The notes beneath the pieces are model-generated. The model searched no databases and had not been told where the DNA came from. It saw only the letters and a program-made list of their open reading frames with translations. From positions 544,001 through 608,000 of the forward strand of contig OY969696.1 of assembly GCA_963702005.1 (NCBI GenBank): a stretch of 64,000 bases of DNA, written 5' to 3'. The position numbers and the translations under genes are program-made. Positions within the stretch are counted from its first letter, which is position 1. Each line of letters opens with the position of its first letter. This document shows, in pieces, positions 28,533-38,774 of the stretch. This stretch comes from Candidatus Aminicenantes bacterium (GTDB lineage: Bacteria > Acidobacteriota > Aminicenantia > Aminicenantales > JAFGBC01).

Positions 28533-30299
28533 CTAATCCTTCTTTAGCATCAGCCCCAGCTCGTCGAGCTGGCGCGGTCCGACTTCGCTCGGCGACCCCG
28601 TCATCAGGCACAGGGCGCTCGTCGTCTTGGGGAAGGGGATGACCTCCCGGATCGATTCTTCGCCGGCCAGGAGCATGACCAGCCGGTCGAAGCCGAGCGC
28701 GATCCCGCCGTGGGGCGGCGTCCCGTAGCCAAGGGCTTCGAGGAAGTATCCGAACTTATCCTCGATCTCCTTGGGCGACAGTCCCAGCGCTTCGAAGACT
28801 CGCTTCTGGACGTCGGGACGATGGATCCGGATCGAGCCGCCGCCGATCTCGGTGCCGTTGAGGACGAGGTCGTAGGCGCGCGCCTTGACCTTGAGCGGCT
28901 CCTTTTCGATAAGGTCAAGGTCGGCCTCGCGCGGCGAGGTGAAGGGATGGTGGACGGCCACGATCTTGCCCTCCTCCTCGCTCCACTCGAACATCGGGAA
29001 CTCGATCACCCAGACGAACTTGAACGCCCCGCTCTTCTTGGCCTCGTCATGGATGAGGTCTTTGCGGATCTCGCCCAGGGCCCTGAGCGCCGTCTCGCGC
29101 TTGCCGGCGATGAGGAGGCCGAGACCGCCCTCCTCGCCTCCGAGCCCGGCCCACAGCCTTTCGTAGTCGGGATCGGCGAGCTTGAGCGCGGACTTGAAGC
29201 CGTCTTGTCTCTTGATCCAGATGAGTCCGGCCGCGCCGAGCGATTTCGCCTTGTCGGCCAGCTTTTCGATCTGGCTCCTCGACAGGGCGCCCGCGCCCTT
29301 GACGAACAGGCCCTTGAGGACGCCGCCCTCGGCCAGGGCCCGCTTGACGATCTCGGAGTCGATCCCGGCCGCCGCGCTGCCCAGGTCCCGGATCTCAAGC
29401 CCGGCCCGGAGGTCGGGCTTGTCCGTTCCGTAGAGGTCCAGGCACTTCTCGAAGGGGATCCGCGCGAAGGGGACCGCGACCTTCTCCCCGATCAGAGCGA
29501 AGACGGCCGCCATCATGTTTTCGCAGAGAGCGTAAACCGCTTCCTCGCCGATGAAACTCATCTCGATGTCGATCTGGGTGAATTCGGGCTGGCGGTCGGC
29601 CCTCAGGTCCTCGTCGCGGAAACAGCGTACGATCTGGAAGTAGCGGTCGAAGCCGCTGATCATGAGCGTCTGCTTGAACTGTTGGGGCGACTGGGGCAGG
29701 GCGTAGAAGCGGCCCTTATGGATCCGGCTCGGGACGAGATAGTCCCGCGCGCCTTCGGGAGTCGACTTTCCCAAGAAGGGCGTCTCGATCTCGAAGAAGC
29801 CCTCCCGGCTCAGGAAGTTCCGGACTTCGAGGGCGGTCCGATGGCGGAGCTTGATGTTCCTCTGCATGGCCGGACGGCGAAGGTCAATGTACCTGTACTT
29901 GAGACGCAACTCCTCGGTCGCCTGGGGCGGGTCGGCCACGACGAAGGGCGGGACCTTGGCCGTGTTGAAGACCGTGAGCGATGACGCTTCGACCTCGACC
30001 TCGCCCGTCGCCATCTGGGGGTTGACGGACTTGGCGTCGCGCGCCTTGACCGCGCCCCGGACTCCGATGACGTCCTCCATCCTGAGTTTTTTGGCCTGTT
30101 CCCTAAGGGCTTCGTTACCGGCGGGGATGACGACCTGAACCAGACCCTGCCGGTCCCTGAGGTCCACGAACAGGAGATGTCCCATATCGCGAAGCCGGTT
30201 GACCCAGCCGCAGAGCGTTACGGCCTTGCCGACGTCCGCCGCCCGCAGCTCTCCGCCATACAGCGTCCTTTTCCACTCGGAGGGATATTCCTGTGTCAT
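28533..30299 (-). CDS. aspS: Aspartate--tRNA ligase
   Basis: OB-fold, STPEGARD, ALPQSPQ, FRDEDLRADRQPEF, PPHGGIALGFDR. Confidence 0.97.
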   Translation of the reverse strand: MTQEYPSEWKRTLYGGELRAADVGKAVTLCGWVNRLRDMGHLLFVDLRDRQGLVQVVIPAGNEALREQAKKLRMEDVIGVRGAVKARDAKSVNPQMATGEVEVEASSLTVFNTAKVPPFVVADPPQATEELRLKYRYIDLRRPAMQRNIKLRHRTALEVRNFLSREGFFEIETPFLGKSTPEGARDYLVPSRIHKGRFYALPQSPQQFKQTLMISGFDRYFQIVRCFRDEDLRADRQPEFTQIDIEMSFIGEEAVYALCENMMAAVFALIGEKVAVPFARIPFEKCLDLYGTDKPDLRAGLEIRDLGSAAAGIDSEIVKRALAEGGVLKGLFVKGAGALSRSQIEKLADKAKSLGAAGLIWIKRQDGFKSALKLADPDYERLWAGLGGEEGGLGLLIAGKRETALRALGEIRKDLIHDEAKKSGAFKFVWVIEFPMFEWSEEEGKIVAVHHPFTSPREADLDLIEKEPLKVKARAYDLVLNGTEIGGGSIRIHRPDVQKRVFEALGLSPKEIEDKFGYFLEALGYGTPPHGGIALGFDRLVMLLAGEESIREVIPFPKTTSALCLMTGSPSEVGPRQLDELGLMLKKD

Positions 30300-30331
30300 G
30301 GGCTTATCCTTTGCCGGGGAACCGCAGGGGC

Positions 30332-31594
30332 TTATCCCCGGATGATCTTGAGAACGTCGTCGGGCGCGGCATCCCGCTGCTCGCCCGTGGCCATGGACTT
30401 GACCGCGTAGCGGCCCTTGCCGACCTCTTCCTCGCCGATGATGACGGCCCAGGCGGCGCCGAGTTTACTGGCCCGGCCCAACTGGGCTTTGAGGCCCCTG
30501 TCCTTGTACTCGACGAGGCACTCGACCCCGTTCGACCGGAGTTTTCGCGCCAGCTCCATGCCGGACTTCTTGGCATCCTCGCCGATATAGGCCAGATAAA
30601 CGAAGGGCTTCTTCTCGACCTTCACTCGGGCCACGGCCAGCAGGCGCTCGATTCCCATGGCGAATCCGATCGCGCACAAGTCCGGGCCGCCGAAGTCCTT
30701 CATCATGTCGTCGTAGCGGCCGCCGCCCAGGACGGCGCTCTGGGCGCCCAGCCCCGGCGCGACGAATTCGAAGGTTGTTCTCGTGTAGTAGTCAATGCCA
30801 CGGACGAGGCGGGGCTCGATCTGGTAAGCCAGCCCGTAGAGGTCGAGGCCGGCCTTGAACTCGGCGAAGTGACCGGCGCATTGGGCGCAGAGAAATTCCG
30901 TGATGGCCGGGAACCCGGCCGCCGCTTCTTTGCAGCCTTCGACTTTGCAGTCGAAGATCCGGAGCGGGTTCGTTTCGGCCTTTCTCTTGCAGTCGTCGCA
31001 GAGGCGGTCTTTGACATCGGCCGCCCGGGCCCGGAGTTCCTTGAGGTAGGCGGGACGGCAGGCCCGGCAGCCCACCGAGTTGACCAGGATTTCGGTACTG
31101 CCGACGCCGACCTCGCGGAGAAGCCGGTCGGCCATCTCGACGATCTCGGCGTCGATGGCGGCGTCTTTCTCGCCAAAGACCTCGATGTCGGCCTGATGGA
31201 ACTGGCGGTAGCGGCCTTTCTGGGGCTTGTCGTAGCGAAACATCGGGCCCAGGTAATAAAAGCGGAGCGGATCGGGCTGGAGGTAGAGCCTGTGCTCGAT
31301 GACGGCCCGGACGACCGAGGGCGTGTACTCGGGGCGCAGAGTGATGGACCGCCCTCCCTTGTCCGTGAAGGTGTACATCTCCTTGATGACGATGTCCGAG
31401 GTCTGGCCGGTCCCCTTCTCGAAAAGCTCGGTCGGCTCGATGACGGGCGCCCGGAGCTCCCGGTAGCCGTAGAGCTCGAAGACGCGCCGGCAGGTCGCCT
31501 CGGCGGACTGCCACTCGCCGACCTCGGCGGGGAGGATGTCCTTGGTCCCCTTGACGGCCGCGATCTCTTTGGGATCCCGCTTGTCTTCGGTCAC
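30332..31594 (-). CDS. hisS: Histidine--tRNA ligase
   Basis: GTKDILP, LRPEYT, GRYRQFHQ, LVRGIDYY, GGGRYD. Confidence 0.97.
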   Translation of the reverse strand: MTEDKRDPKEIAAVKGTKDILPAEVGEWQSAEATCRRVFELYGYRELRAPVIEPTELFEKGTGQTSDIVIKEMYTFTDKGGRSITLRPEYTPSVVRAVIEHRLYLQPDPLRFYYLGPMFRYDKPQKGRYRQFHQADIEVFGEKDAAIDAEIVEMADRLLREVGVGSTEILVNSVGCRACRPAYLKELRARAADVKDRLCDDCKRKAETNPLRIFDCKVEGCKEAAAGFPAITEFLCAQCAGHFAEFKAGLDLYGLAYQIEPRLVRGIDYYTRTTFEFVAPGLGAQSAVLGGGRYDDMMKDFGGPDLCAIGFAMGIERLLAVARVKVEKKPFVYLAYIGEDAKKSGMELARKLRSNGVECLVEYKDRGLKAQLGRASKLGAAWAVIIGEEEVGKGRYAVKSMATGEQRDAAPDDVLKIIRG

Positions 31595-32547
31595 TTCTCG
31601 AAAAAGACTCCCATCTTACGGTATTTCTGATAGCGCTCTTCGAGGAGATCGTCGACGGGCTTCTGCTCGAGTTTCTTGAGGGTTTGGCTAAGGACCTTGT
31701 CCATGTTCTTGAAAGTCGTTTCGTAATCCTGATGGGCGGCGCCGGGCGGCTCCGCGATGATCTTGTCGCACAAGCCGAACTCAAGCCAGTCCTTGGCCGT
31801 GAACCTCAGATTCCGGGCGGCCTGAGCGGCCCGGCCGGAGTCTTTCCAAAGGATGGCGGCGCACCCCTCCGGCGAGATGACCGAGTAAAAGGTGTGTTCG
31901 AGCATGAGGATGGCGTCGCCGACGCCGATCGCCAGGGCGCCGCCGCTTCCCCCCTCGCCGATGACGACATTGACGATGGGGACGCGCAGGGTCGTCATCA
32001 TTTTCAGGTTGTAGGCGATGGCCTCGGCCTGACCCCGCTCTTCGGCGCCGATGCCGGGGTCGGCGCCGGGGGTGTCGATCAGGGTGATGACCGGGAAGCC
32101 GAACTTCTCGGCCAGCTTCATGATCCGCAGCGACTTTCGGTAGCCCTCGGGATTGGGCTCGCCGAAGTTGCGCTCGATGCGGGTCTTGGTCGTCCGGCCT
32201 TTCTGGTGGCCGATGAAGGCCGCCGTCCTCCCCTTATAGAAGCCGAAGCCGGACACGATGGCCGGGTCGTCCTTAAAGCGGCGATCCCCGTGGAGCTCGA
32301 TGAAGTCCTGGGACAGGGCTTGGATATAATCCAGCGTGTAGGGCCGCTTGGGATGGCGGGCGATCTGGACGATATGGAGAGGCGTCAGCTGGGAAGCGAT
32401 CTTGGACCACTCCAGCTCGATCTCCTGCCGGAGGACCGCGATTTTTTCCTTCTTGCGGGGGTCTTCGCCCGCTTGGAGCTCGTCGATCTGGTCCTTAAGG
32501 GCGGTAATCGGCTTCTCCAGCTGATAAAAATCTTCGTGATTGACCAT
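31591..32547 (-). CDS. accA: Acetyl-CoA carboxylase carboxyltransferase alpha
   Basis: ARHPKRP, ELHGDR, PEGYRK, GEGGSGGALA, YSVISPEGCA. Confidence 0.97.
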   Translation of the reverse strand: MVNHEDFYQLEKPITALKDQIDELQAGEDPRKKEKIAVLRQEIELEWSKIASQLTPLHIVQIARHPKRPYTLDYIQALSQDFIELHGDRRFKDDPAIVSGFGFYKGRTAAFIGHQKGRTTKTRIERNFGEPNPEGYRKSLRIMKLAEKFGFPVITLIDTPGADPGIGAEERGQAEAIAYNLKMMTTLRVPIVNVVIGEGGSGGALAIGVGDAILMLEHTFYSVISPEGCAAILWKDSGRAAQAARNLRFTAKDWLEFGLCDKIIAEPPGAAHQDYETTFKNMDKVLSQTLKKLEQKPVDDLLEERYQKYRKMGVFFEK

Positions 32548-32619
32548 GGGTACCCTTTTCAGGTCAGGCTTATTACCCGCTTATTCTAAGGGCTTGAGCG
32601 AATCCCTGTCAAGCCGAGT

Positions 32620-32708
32620 GGAATTCTGGGGACACACGACTTAATTCCGGCCGTCTGCCTTTTCTACAGAAACTGCTTGAGAATTAAGTCGTGTGTCCCC
32701 AGAATTCC
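32620..32708. repeat. REP/REPIN-like family B: perfect 28-bp inverted repeat with 33-nt spacer
   Basis: GGAATTCTGGGGACACACGACTTAATTC (32620-32647) and its reverse complement (32681-32708). Confidence 0.9.
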
Positions 32709-33378
32709 GGAGAACTCTGAGGCTCTGGGCCGGGATCAGCAAGCTCAGGAGGTTTCCATCGCCGTCGGTTTCGAGCTCGACTCGGACGCCCGCCATGGCT
32801 AGCGCTAAACGGCAAGGGCTTCCTTCCACGGGCTCCACGGTCAGGGGGATTTCCATCTGAGGGATGATGTAGGCCGAGCATTCTATTTTTTCGGCGAGGG
32901 CGCAGCGGAATTTCTTGGCCAGGACGATATAAGGGGAAAACAAGGGGTTGGGGAGGAGGAATGCGTCGCGGCGGACTTGGGCTTCAACCCGGCTCTCGCG
33001 ACCCGAGACAATCAGGATATTGTCCGCCTTGCCCTCCGACAGGGAGCTGGTGACCTCTTGGCTGAGCCCGCCGATCGTGCCCTTGAAAATGTAAGAATAG
33101 GGAATAAAGCTCCTGTTCAAGTGAAGGGTCAGCCGCTCGACCTCGAGATCCAGGGGCTTGGTCATTCGGCCCGTAACGTCCAGGGAATAGCCGAACTCGT
33201 CTTCCGACCAAGAATAGTCCTCGAAGCCGACCATCTCCTCACGGAAATAAACCGATAATCGGCCTCGTTCGGCGGAGGAGAGGCCCGGCCTTGACTGCGA
33301 ATCCATCCGGGAGGGCACTTTCGGGACGGCCAGGACGGAGAGGAGAACGACGGCGATGGAGCCCCGGATAAGGTTCAT
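32641..33378 (-). CDS. Exported hypothetical protein
   Basis: Signal-peptide-like N-terminus, follows rlmB by 7 nt; the C-terminus runs into the REP doublet. Confidence 0.7.
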   Translation of the reverse strand: MNLIRGSIAVVLLSVLAVPKVPSRMDSQSRPGLSSAERGRLSVYFREEMVGFEDYSWSEDEFGYSLDVTGRMTKPLDLEVERLTLHLNRSFIPYSYIFKGTIGGLSQEVTSSLSEGKADNILIVSGRESRVEAQVRRDAFLLPNPLFSPYIVLAKKFRCALAEKIECSAYIIPQMEIPLTVEPVEGSPCRLALAMAGVRVELETDGDGNLLSLLIPAQSLRVLRNSGDTRLNSQAVSVEKADGRN

Positions 33379-33385
33379 GGTGGCA

Positions 33386-34150
33386 TTATTCCTTCCTGTC
33401 AGCGGGCTTTCTTTCCCTCTCGCCGGCCTTGGCGGCCCGGGACCTCTGGCGGGAGACCTCGAATAGAAAAACGGACGCGGCCGAGGCGACGTTGAGAGAG
33501 CCGAGAGAGCCGGCCAACGGAATGGAAAGGATTTTATCGCACTTCTTCCGGATCAGAGGCCGGAGTCCTTTGCCCTCGGAGCCGAAGACGAGGCCGACGG
33601 GCTCGGTGTAGTCGAATTCATACCAGAGTTCCGGACTTCCGCCTTCGGCCCCGACCAGCCAGATCCCCCTTTCCTTGAGGTCGTCCATGGCGCGGGCTAA
33701 GTTGGGAACCCGGGCGACCCGAATATGTTCGAGCCCTCCGGCCGAAACCGTTTGGACGGTGTCGGTGAGCCCCGCCGAGCGCCGTTCGGGCAGGAGGATT
33801 CCGTCCGCCCCGGCGCCGGCGGCGCTCCGGACCAGGGCGCCCAGGTTCTGGGGGTCCTCGACTTCGTCCAGCAGGACGAGAAAGGGCCGCCGCGAGGAGG
33901 CCAGGATATCCTCAAGGGAGGAAAATTCTTTAGCGCCCAGGAAGGCCGTCACGCCTTGGTGGTCCGGGCTCAGCCTATCCAGGGTGGCCTTGGGCACGAA
34001 CGAATAAGGGATGCGGGCGGCCTTGGCCAGGCGGATAATCTCGCCGATTCCATGGTGTCCGCTCTCTTTTTGGATGAGAAGCTTATGGACCCGGCGCGGC
34101 GCGATGCGGAGCGTCTCGCACAGGGGGTTGACGCGCGAGATTTTGTCCAT
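33386..34150 (-). CDS. rlmB: 23S rRNA Gm2251 methyltransferase (TrmH/SpoU family)
   Basis: HQGV, LDEVEDPQNLGALVRSA, GSEGKGL, SLNVASA. Confidence 0.92.
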   Translation of the reverse strand: MDKISRVNPLCETLRIAPRRVHKLLIQKESGHHGIGEIIRLAKAARIPYSFVPKATLDRLSPDHQGVTAFLGAKEFSSLEDILASSRRPFLVLLDEVEDPQNLGALVRSAAGAGADGILLPERRSAGLTDTVQTVSAGGLEHIRVARVPNLARAMDDLKERGIWLVGAEGGSPELWYEFDYTEPVGLVFGSEGKGLRPLIRKKCDKILSIPLAGSLGSLNVASAASVFLFEVSRQRSRAAKAGERERKPADRKE

Positions 34151-34187
34151 GCGATTCCGCCTATCGTCGGCCGGCGCCCGCGGAGCG

Positions 34188-34231
34188 AAAATAAAAGGGG
34201 GAGAGCCTTCGTTCGGGAGGGATCTCCCCTC
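34188..34231 (-). terminator. Rho-independent terminator after the DUF4412-like gene
   Basis: Minus strand GGGGAGA...TCTCCCC stem followed by TTTTATTTT. Confidence 0.6.
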
Positions 34232-34252
34232 GGACTTGCGACAGGGCGGCGC

Positions 34253-34984
34253 TCAGCGCTTCTGCATCTGCTGCATCGTGTACCGTTCCATCTTCTTGTA
34301 ACCGGCGGGAACGGCGAAGACCGATGCCGGGGGAGTCTTCTTGCCGATCTCGACGACCTCGGTGGTGGCATGAATCTTGGCCCCCATCATCTCGGCCGAG
34401 GTCTCGCTCGCGATCCAGAATCCCTTGATCTTCATCATTTCCTTGACGGCGGCGTCGTCGAGCTGGAACTGGGCTTTGAGGACGTTGCCGTAGATCTTCT
34501 CCGTGAACTTGGCCAGGTCGAAGGGGACATCGGTCGTAACCCAGACTTGGATCTTCATCGGCATCATCATCATGTTCATGGCGACGTTGTAACCGGTGCA
34601 GGCCCAGGAGCCGACCGTTTTGGTCTGGTTGGTCGGGGTCACGGCCACGGTCATCTTCATCATGGCCTGGGCCATGCCCGCCATTTCGGCCGGCATGATC
34701 TTGGAGAGGTCGAGCGGGAGGGGCGTCTCGATGTAGGTCTTTTCCTTGTGGTTGATCATGACCATGACGTTCTTCTTGAGGTCGATGAGCGAGGTCGTCG
34801 CCTCTGTGACCGTGGCGAACACGTCGTCCCCGATCCACTGCTCGGAAACGGTATCCGTGCCCGGCTGGGATTGGCCCATAAAGCTGACCGGGTCGGTGTG
34901 GATCTTGGACTTGACGTAAATGTCGGCATTGGCCGCGACGGCGATGGCAAGAATACAGATGAGGACGATCGTGAACCTTTTCAT
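34253..34984 (-). CDS. Exported DUF4412-like protein
   Basis: Signal peptide (..AVAANA), INHKEKTY, TKTVGSWACTGY, IQVWVT, PASVFAVPAGY; RBS AGGAGG. Confidence 0.72.
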   Translation of the reverse strand: MKRFTIVLICILAIAVAANADIYVKSKIHTDPVSFMGQSQPGTDTVSEQWIGDDVFATVTEATTSLIDLKKNVMVMINHKEKTYIETPLPLDLSKIMPAEMAGMAQAMMKMTVAVTPTNQTKTVGSWACTGYNVAMNMMMMPMKIQVWVTTDVPFDLAKFTEKIYGNVLKAQFQLDDAAVKEMMKIKGFWIASETSAEMMGAKIHATTEVVEIGKKTPPASVFAVPAGYKKMERYTMQQMQKR

Positions 34985-35083
34985 GAAACCTCCTTGTTTC
35001 CTCTTTTGAGATCCATCTTAACCGTCTATTATACCAGAATTCGGCCGGCGGAAATCCATTTTTCCGTGGCGCCCGGCTTAGGC

Positions 35084-35542
35084 TTAGAGGACGCAATAGA
35101 CCAGGATCTCGGCGATGAGGGCGGGTTTTTTCTCTCCCTCGACCTCGATCGTGTTCTCGATCGCGGCCAGCAGGCGCCGGAAACCCTTTTTTTCGATGCT
35201 CTTGAGGACGGCCCGGTTCCGAACGCGGGCGCCGGCGCGGACGGGCGTGATGAATCGGACGCGGTTGAGGCCGTAGTTGAAAACATACTTGAATTCCAGT
35301 CCGGCGATTTCGCTCTTCATGTTGAAATAGGGCAGCAGGGAGAGAAGAAGGAATCCGTGGGCGACCGTCCCACCCAGGGGGCCTTTCCGGGCCCGCCCCT
35401 CGTCGACGTGGATCCACTGCCGGTCCTCGGTGCACTCGGCAAAGGCGTTGATCCGCTCCTGACCGATCGTCAACCAGTCCGAAAGGACGATCTGACGGCC
35501 GAGGTATTCCTTGATTTTTGCGGCGGGTCCGCGTCCGAACAT
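35084..35542 (-). CDS. MaoC family dehydratase
   Basis: INAFAECTEDRQWIHVD, VAHGFLLLS, NYGLNRVRF. Confidence 0.92.
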   Translation of the reverse strand: MFGRGPAAKIKEYLGRQIVLSDWLTIGQERINAFAECTEDRQWIHVDEGRARKGPLGGTVAHGFLLLSLLPYFNMKSEIAGLEFKYVFNYGLNRVRFITPVRAGARVRNRAVLKSIEKKGFRRLLAAIENTIEVEGEKKPALIAEILVYCVL

Positions 35543-35636
35543 GGCTTCCTCCCTTGCGCCCCTACATTAGCGCCGTCGTCCAGGAACGTCAAGGAAAAGA
35601 TCGCCGTGGCCGGCGCGCCGCATTTCATCTAAAATA

Positions 35637-37607
35637 GTGGATATGACGGGACGCGAAAAAATAAATCGGCCGGCCGTTATCAGGCTTGCGACGGCGCTCC
35701 TCTTCTTGTCGGCCGCAACCTTGGTTAGGGCCTATCAGGCCCCCCAGGTTGCCCCGGCCGCGGAGCGTTGGTACCTCGTCCGGATCGGGGGCCAAGACGT
35801 GGGCTATGTCCGCGAAACGACGGCCGCCAAGCCCGGCGGTCCCGGCGGCGGAGACATCGTGCTCGTCGGCACGTCGGAGATGACGATCGTCCTCAACCGC
35901 CTCGGGGCCAAGGTCGAGATGGCCGTTCGGTCCGACTTCGAAGAGACTCGCTCCGGCCTGCTGCGGCGGCTCACGTTCGACCTTAAGGCTTCGGTCCTGA
36001 CCATGAGAACGGAGGTTGAGGTCAAGGACGGCCTCCTCGAGGTCAAGAGCGGAGCGGCCGGAAAAGCGTTCGTCCGAACCCTCCCGTTCGCGGGGGAGCT
36101 CCTCGGACCCGAAGGCGTCCGGACCAGAACCCGGGATGGGCTGCGAACTCCGGGCGATACGGTCGAGTACCGAACCTTCGAGCCGTCGCTGGGCAAGATC
36201 GTCGCGGCCGTCCGCGTCCTCATCGGCCGGGAAAACTTGGAGCTCGAAGGCAAGGGCGTCCCCTCGCTCAAGGTCGAGGAGACGAGCGACGCCCAGCCCG
36301 TCAAGCGGACCTTCTGGCTCGGCGAGGACGGCAAGATCCTCAGGGACGAGGAGCCCGGGCCGTTCGGTTTGACCGAGGTCGTCCGCGTCGACCGGGAGAA
36401 GGCTTTAGCCGCTTCGGCGGGCGGCGAGCTCCCGGCCGAGGCCTATGAGCGGACCTTGCTCAAGACCGGCGTCCGCCTGCCGCGGCCGCGCGAGACCGAA
36501 TATCTCAAGATCCGCCTCATCCATCGCCGGCCCGAGCTCGGCTGGCCCGATATCCCGGGCTCGAATCAAAAAGTCGTCGCCAAGACCGAGACGACGCTCG
36601 ACCTCGAAGTCCGCCGATCGGCGCCGCTCCGTTCCAGCCCTCTCCCCCTTCCCGAGACGGCGGAAGGGCGGGCGTTTCTCGAACCGAACGCCTACCTTCA
36701 ATCGGACGACGCGGAGCTCGGCGCCCTGGCCGCCTCCATTGTCGGACCCGAGAAGGACGCCTGGCGGGCCGCGCTGAAGCTGAGGCGTTGGGTGTCCGAT
36801 AACATGACCTTCGACCTCGGGATCGCCTTCGCCCCCTCCGCCGAAATCCTTAAGAACCGGCGCGGGACCTGCGTCGGCTACGCGACGATCCTGGCGACGC
36901 TGGCTCGCGCGGCCGGCATCCCCGCGCGGTTCGTCATGGGCTACGCCTATGCGCTGGGGATGTTCGGCGGCCACGCCTGGACCGAGGTCCTGATCGGCGG
37001 CGACTGGATCGCGCTCGACGCCGCCATACCCAGCGGGGGCGCGGCAGACGCAGCTCGCTTCCAGCTCGTTTCCTCATCGCTGGCCGATGGCGCGGGAGCG
37101 TTGGCCGGCGGCGCCCAGCAGGTCATGGGTTATATCGACGTCCAGGTCCTGGCCTACCGGGTCGAAGGGGGAAAAACAATCCCGGTCCCGGACGGCGCCA
37201 AGCCCTATACGATCAATGGCGATGCCTATATCAATCCCTGGCTGGGGTTGGAAGTCCGCAAGCCCCAAGGCTTCGTATTCGGCCGGCTCGACGAGGTCTG
37301 GCCGTCCACGCTGCTCGTCGAAATGAAGTCCCCGGACGGAAGGCGCGTCGAGCTCCACGAGGTCCCCATCGATCCCTGGGAGAAGCCCGACGAAGCGGCT
37401 TGGAAAGTCATGGGTAAGATGGATATCGAAGGGGCGCGGCGGACGGAGAGGACGGGGGGCCGCGTTGTCTACGAGATCTCCGGCGCGGCGAAAGCCGCTT
37501 ACGCGATCCCCGAGGCGGGCGAGGTCTGGGTTTTTATCGCTGATGGCAGAAACTCTACGGCAGAGCTCGTTAACATCGTCCAAAGCTTTCTCATCAGTCC
37601 GCAATAG
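35637..37607 (+). CDS. Exported transglutaminase-like domain protein
   Basis: Signal peptide; triad motifs GTCVGYA, ARAAGIPAR, GHAWTEV, WIALD; the start may be ATG 35643. Confidence 0.85.
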   Translation: MDMTGREKINRPAVIRLATALLFLSAATLVRAYQAPQVAPAAERWYLVRIGGQDVGYVRETTAAKPGGPGGGDIVLVGTSEMTIVLNRLGAKVEMAVRSDFEETRSGLLRRLTFDLKASVLTMRTEVEVKDGLLEVKSGAAGKAFVRTLPFAGELLGPEGVRTRTRDGLRTPGDTVEYRTFEPSLGKIVAAVRVLIGRENLELEGKGVPSLKVEETSDAQPVKRTFWLGEDGKILRDEEPGPFGLTEVVRVDREKALAASAGGELPAEAYERTLLKTGVRLPRPRETEYLKIRLIHRRPELGWPDIPGSNQKVVAKTETTLDLEVRRSAPLRSSPLPLPETAEGRAFLEPNAYLQSDDAELGALAASIVGPEKDAWRAALKLRRWVSDNMTFDLGIAFAPSAEILKNRRGTCVGYATILATLARAAGIPARFVMGYAYALGMFGGHAWTEVLIGGDWIALDAAIPSGGAADAARFQLVSSSLADGAGALAGGAQQVMGYIDVQVLAYRVEGGKTIPVPDGAKPYTINGDAYINPWLGLEVRKPQGFVFGRLDEVWPSTLLVEMKSPDGRRVELHEVPIDPWEKPDEAAWKVMGKMDIEGARRTERTGGRVVYEISGAAKAAYAIPEAGEVWVFIADGRNSTAELVNIVQSFLISPQ

Positions 37608-37665
37608 CCCGTTTCGGCGGGCGGACATCGGCTTGTTGAAGGCGGTTTTGTAAGGAGGTTGGACC

Positions 37666-38037
37666 ATGAATGGACCGCTCTTGTATCTGGGGGCAGGGTT
37701 GACCGCCGTCTGGGGTATCGCCCATCTGTTTCCGACGGCGTGCGTCGTGAAGGGTTTCGGCGATATCAGCCGGGACAACCGGCGCATCATCATGATGGAA
37801 TGGATCGTTGAAAGCGTGTCCTTGATCTTGGTCGGCGCCCTCGTGGCCGCCGCGGCGTCCATCGATCCGGCGCAGGCCGTCTCGCAAGCCGTGTTCCTGA
37901 TTTCCGCGGGCGGCTTGCTGATTCTGGCCCTGGTCTCCCTGTTCACCGGCTTCAAGGTCAGGTTTATTCCCTTCAAGCTTTGCCCGCTGATCTTCACCGT
38001 TTCCGCCGTGCTCATTCTCGTCGGCGGAGTTCTTTGA
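37666..38037 (+). CDS. Small 4-TM membrane protein
   Basis: RBS AAGGAGG, four hydrophobic segments, stop overlaps the next start. Confidence 0.75.
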   Translation: MNGPLLYLGAGLTAVWGIAHLFPTACVVKGFGDISRDNRRIIMMEWIVESVSLILVGALVAAAASIDPAQAVSQAVFLISAGGLLILALVSLFTGFKVRFIPFKLCPLIFTVSAVLILVGGVL

Positions 38038-38684
38038 TGGACCTCTCTCTTCACCTCCGCAGCCTCGGCCTGCCCAAGAAATATGCCAAAGGAGTCTTCC
38101 TCTTCGGCTCCGGGGAAAAGGCCGAGGGGTTCTATTTCGTCCTGGCCGGCGAGATCAGGGCTTTCAGCATGGACGAGCAGGGCCGCGAGGTCGAGGTCGT
38201 CCGGCTCAAGCCCGGCGATTTCTTAGGAGAGGCGGTTGCGCTAGCGGGAGGGTCTTTTCCCATCTACGCCCAGGCCGTCCGGGATTCCCGGGTCCTCTAT
38301 TTCGACAGGCGGCGGGTTCTGTCCGGCCTGGATAGGGACCCAACGGCGGCCCGGTTCTTCATTGAGCTCCTGGCCGGCAAGTGCCTGATCCTCAACGAGC
38401 GCATCGAGGCGCTCGGGCTGCGCACGGTCCGGCAGAGGCTCGTCCAGTATTTGCTGGGCCGCTGTTCGGGAAAGGGCGCCTGCCTCGTCGAGTTGCCCAT
38501 CAAAAAATCCGAGCTGGCCCGGCTCCTGGGGACCGTTCCCGAGACGCTCTCGCGCAACCTCCGCCAGATGGAGACCGAGGGGCTGATCGAGGTCAAGGGG
38601 CTGCGGATCCGCGTCCTGGACTGCCTTAAATTTAAAGTCGAGCTCGTTAGGACCATTTCGCGTCCTTCGAATCCCATCGGCTGA
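38037..38684 (+). CDS. Crp/Fnr family regulator (Dnr/HcpR-like)
   Basis: cNMP-like domain (GFYFVLAGEI, GDFLGE) plus HTH (ELARLLGTVPETLSRNL); ATG 38037. Confidence 0.9.
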   Translation: MDLSLHLRSLGLPKKYAKGVFLFGSGEKAEGFYFVLAGEIRAFSMDEQGREVEVVRLKPGDFLGEAVALAGGSFPIYAQAVRDSRVLYFDRRRVLSGLDRDPTAARFFIELLAGKCLILNERIEALGLRTVRQRLVQYLLGRCSGKGACLVELPIKKSELARLLGTVPETLSRNLRQMETEGLIEVKGLRIRVLDCLKFKVELVRTISRPSNPIG

Positions 38685-38693
38685 GCCTCCCGG

Positions 38694-38713
38694 TCCTTGA
38701 CCTAAGTCAAGGA
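38694..38713. promoter_or_regulatory. Crp/Fnr-type binding site
   Basis: Perfect TCCTTGAC-N4-GTCAAGGA palindrome upstream of a TATCCT -10 (38733-38738). Confidence 0.78.
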
Positions 38714-38774
38714 TTTTTCCAAGCCCTTCGATTATCCTGGCCATGGACCCGAAATGACGACAAGGAGACTCGAC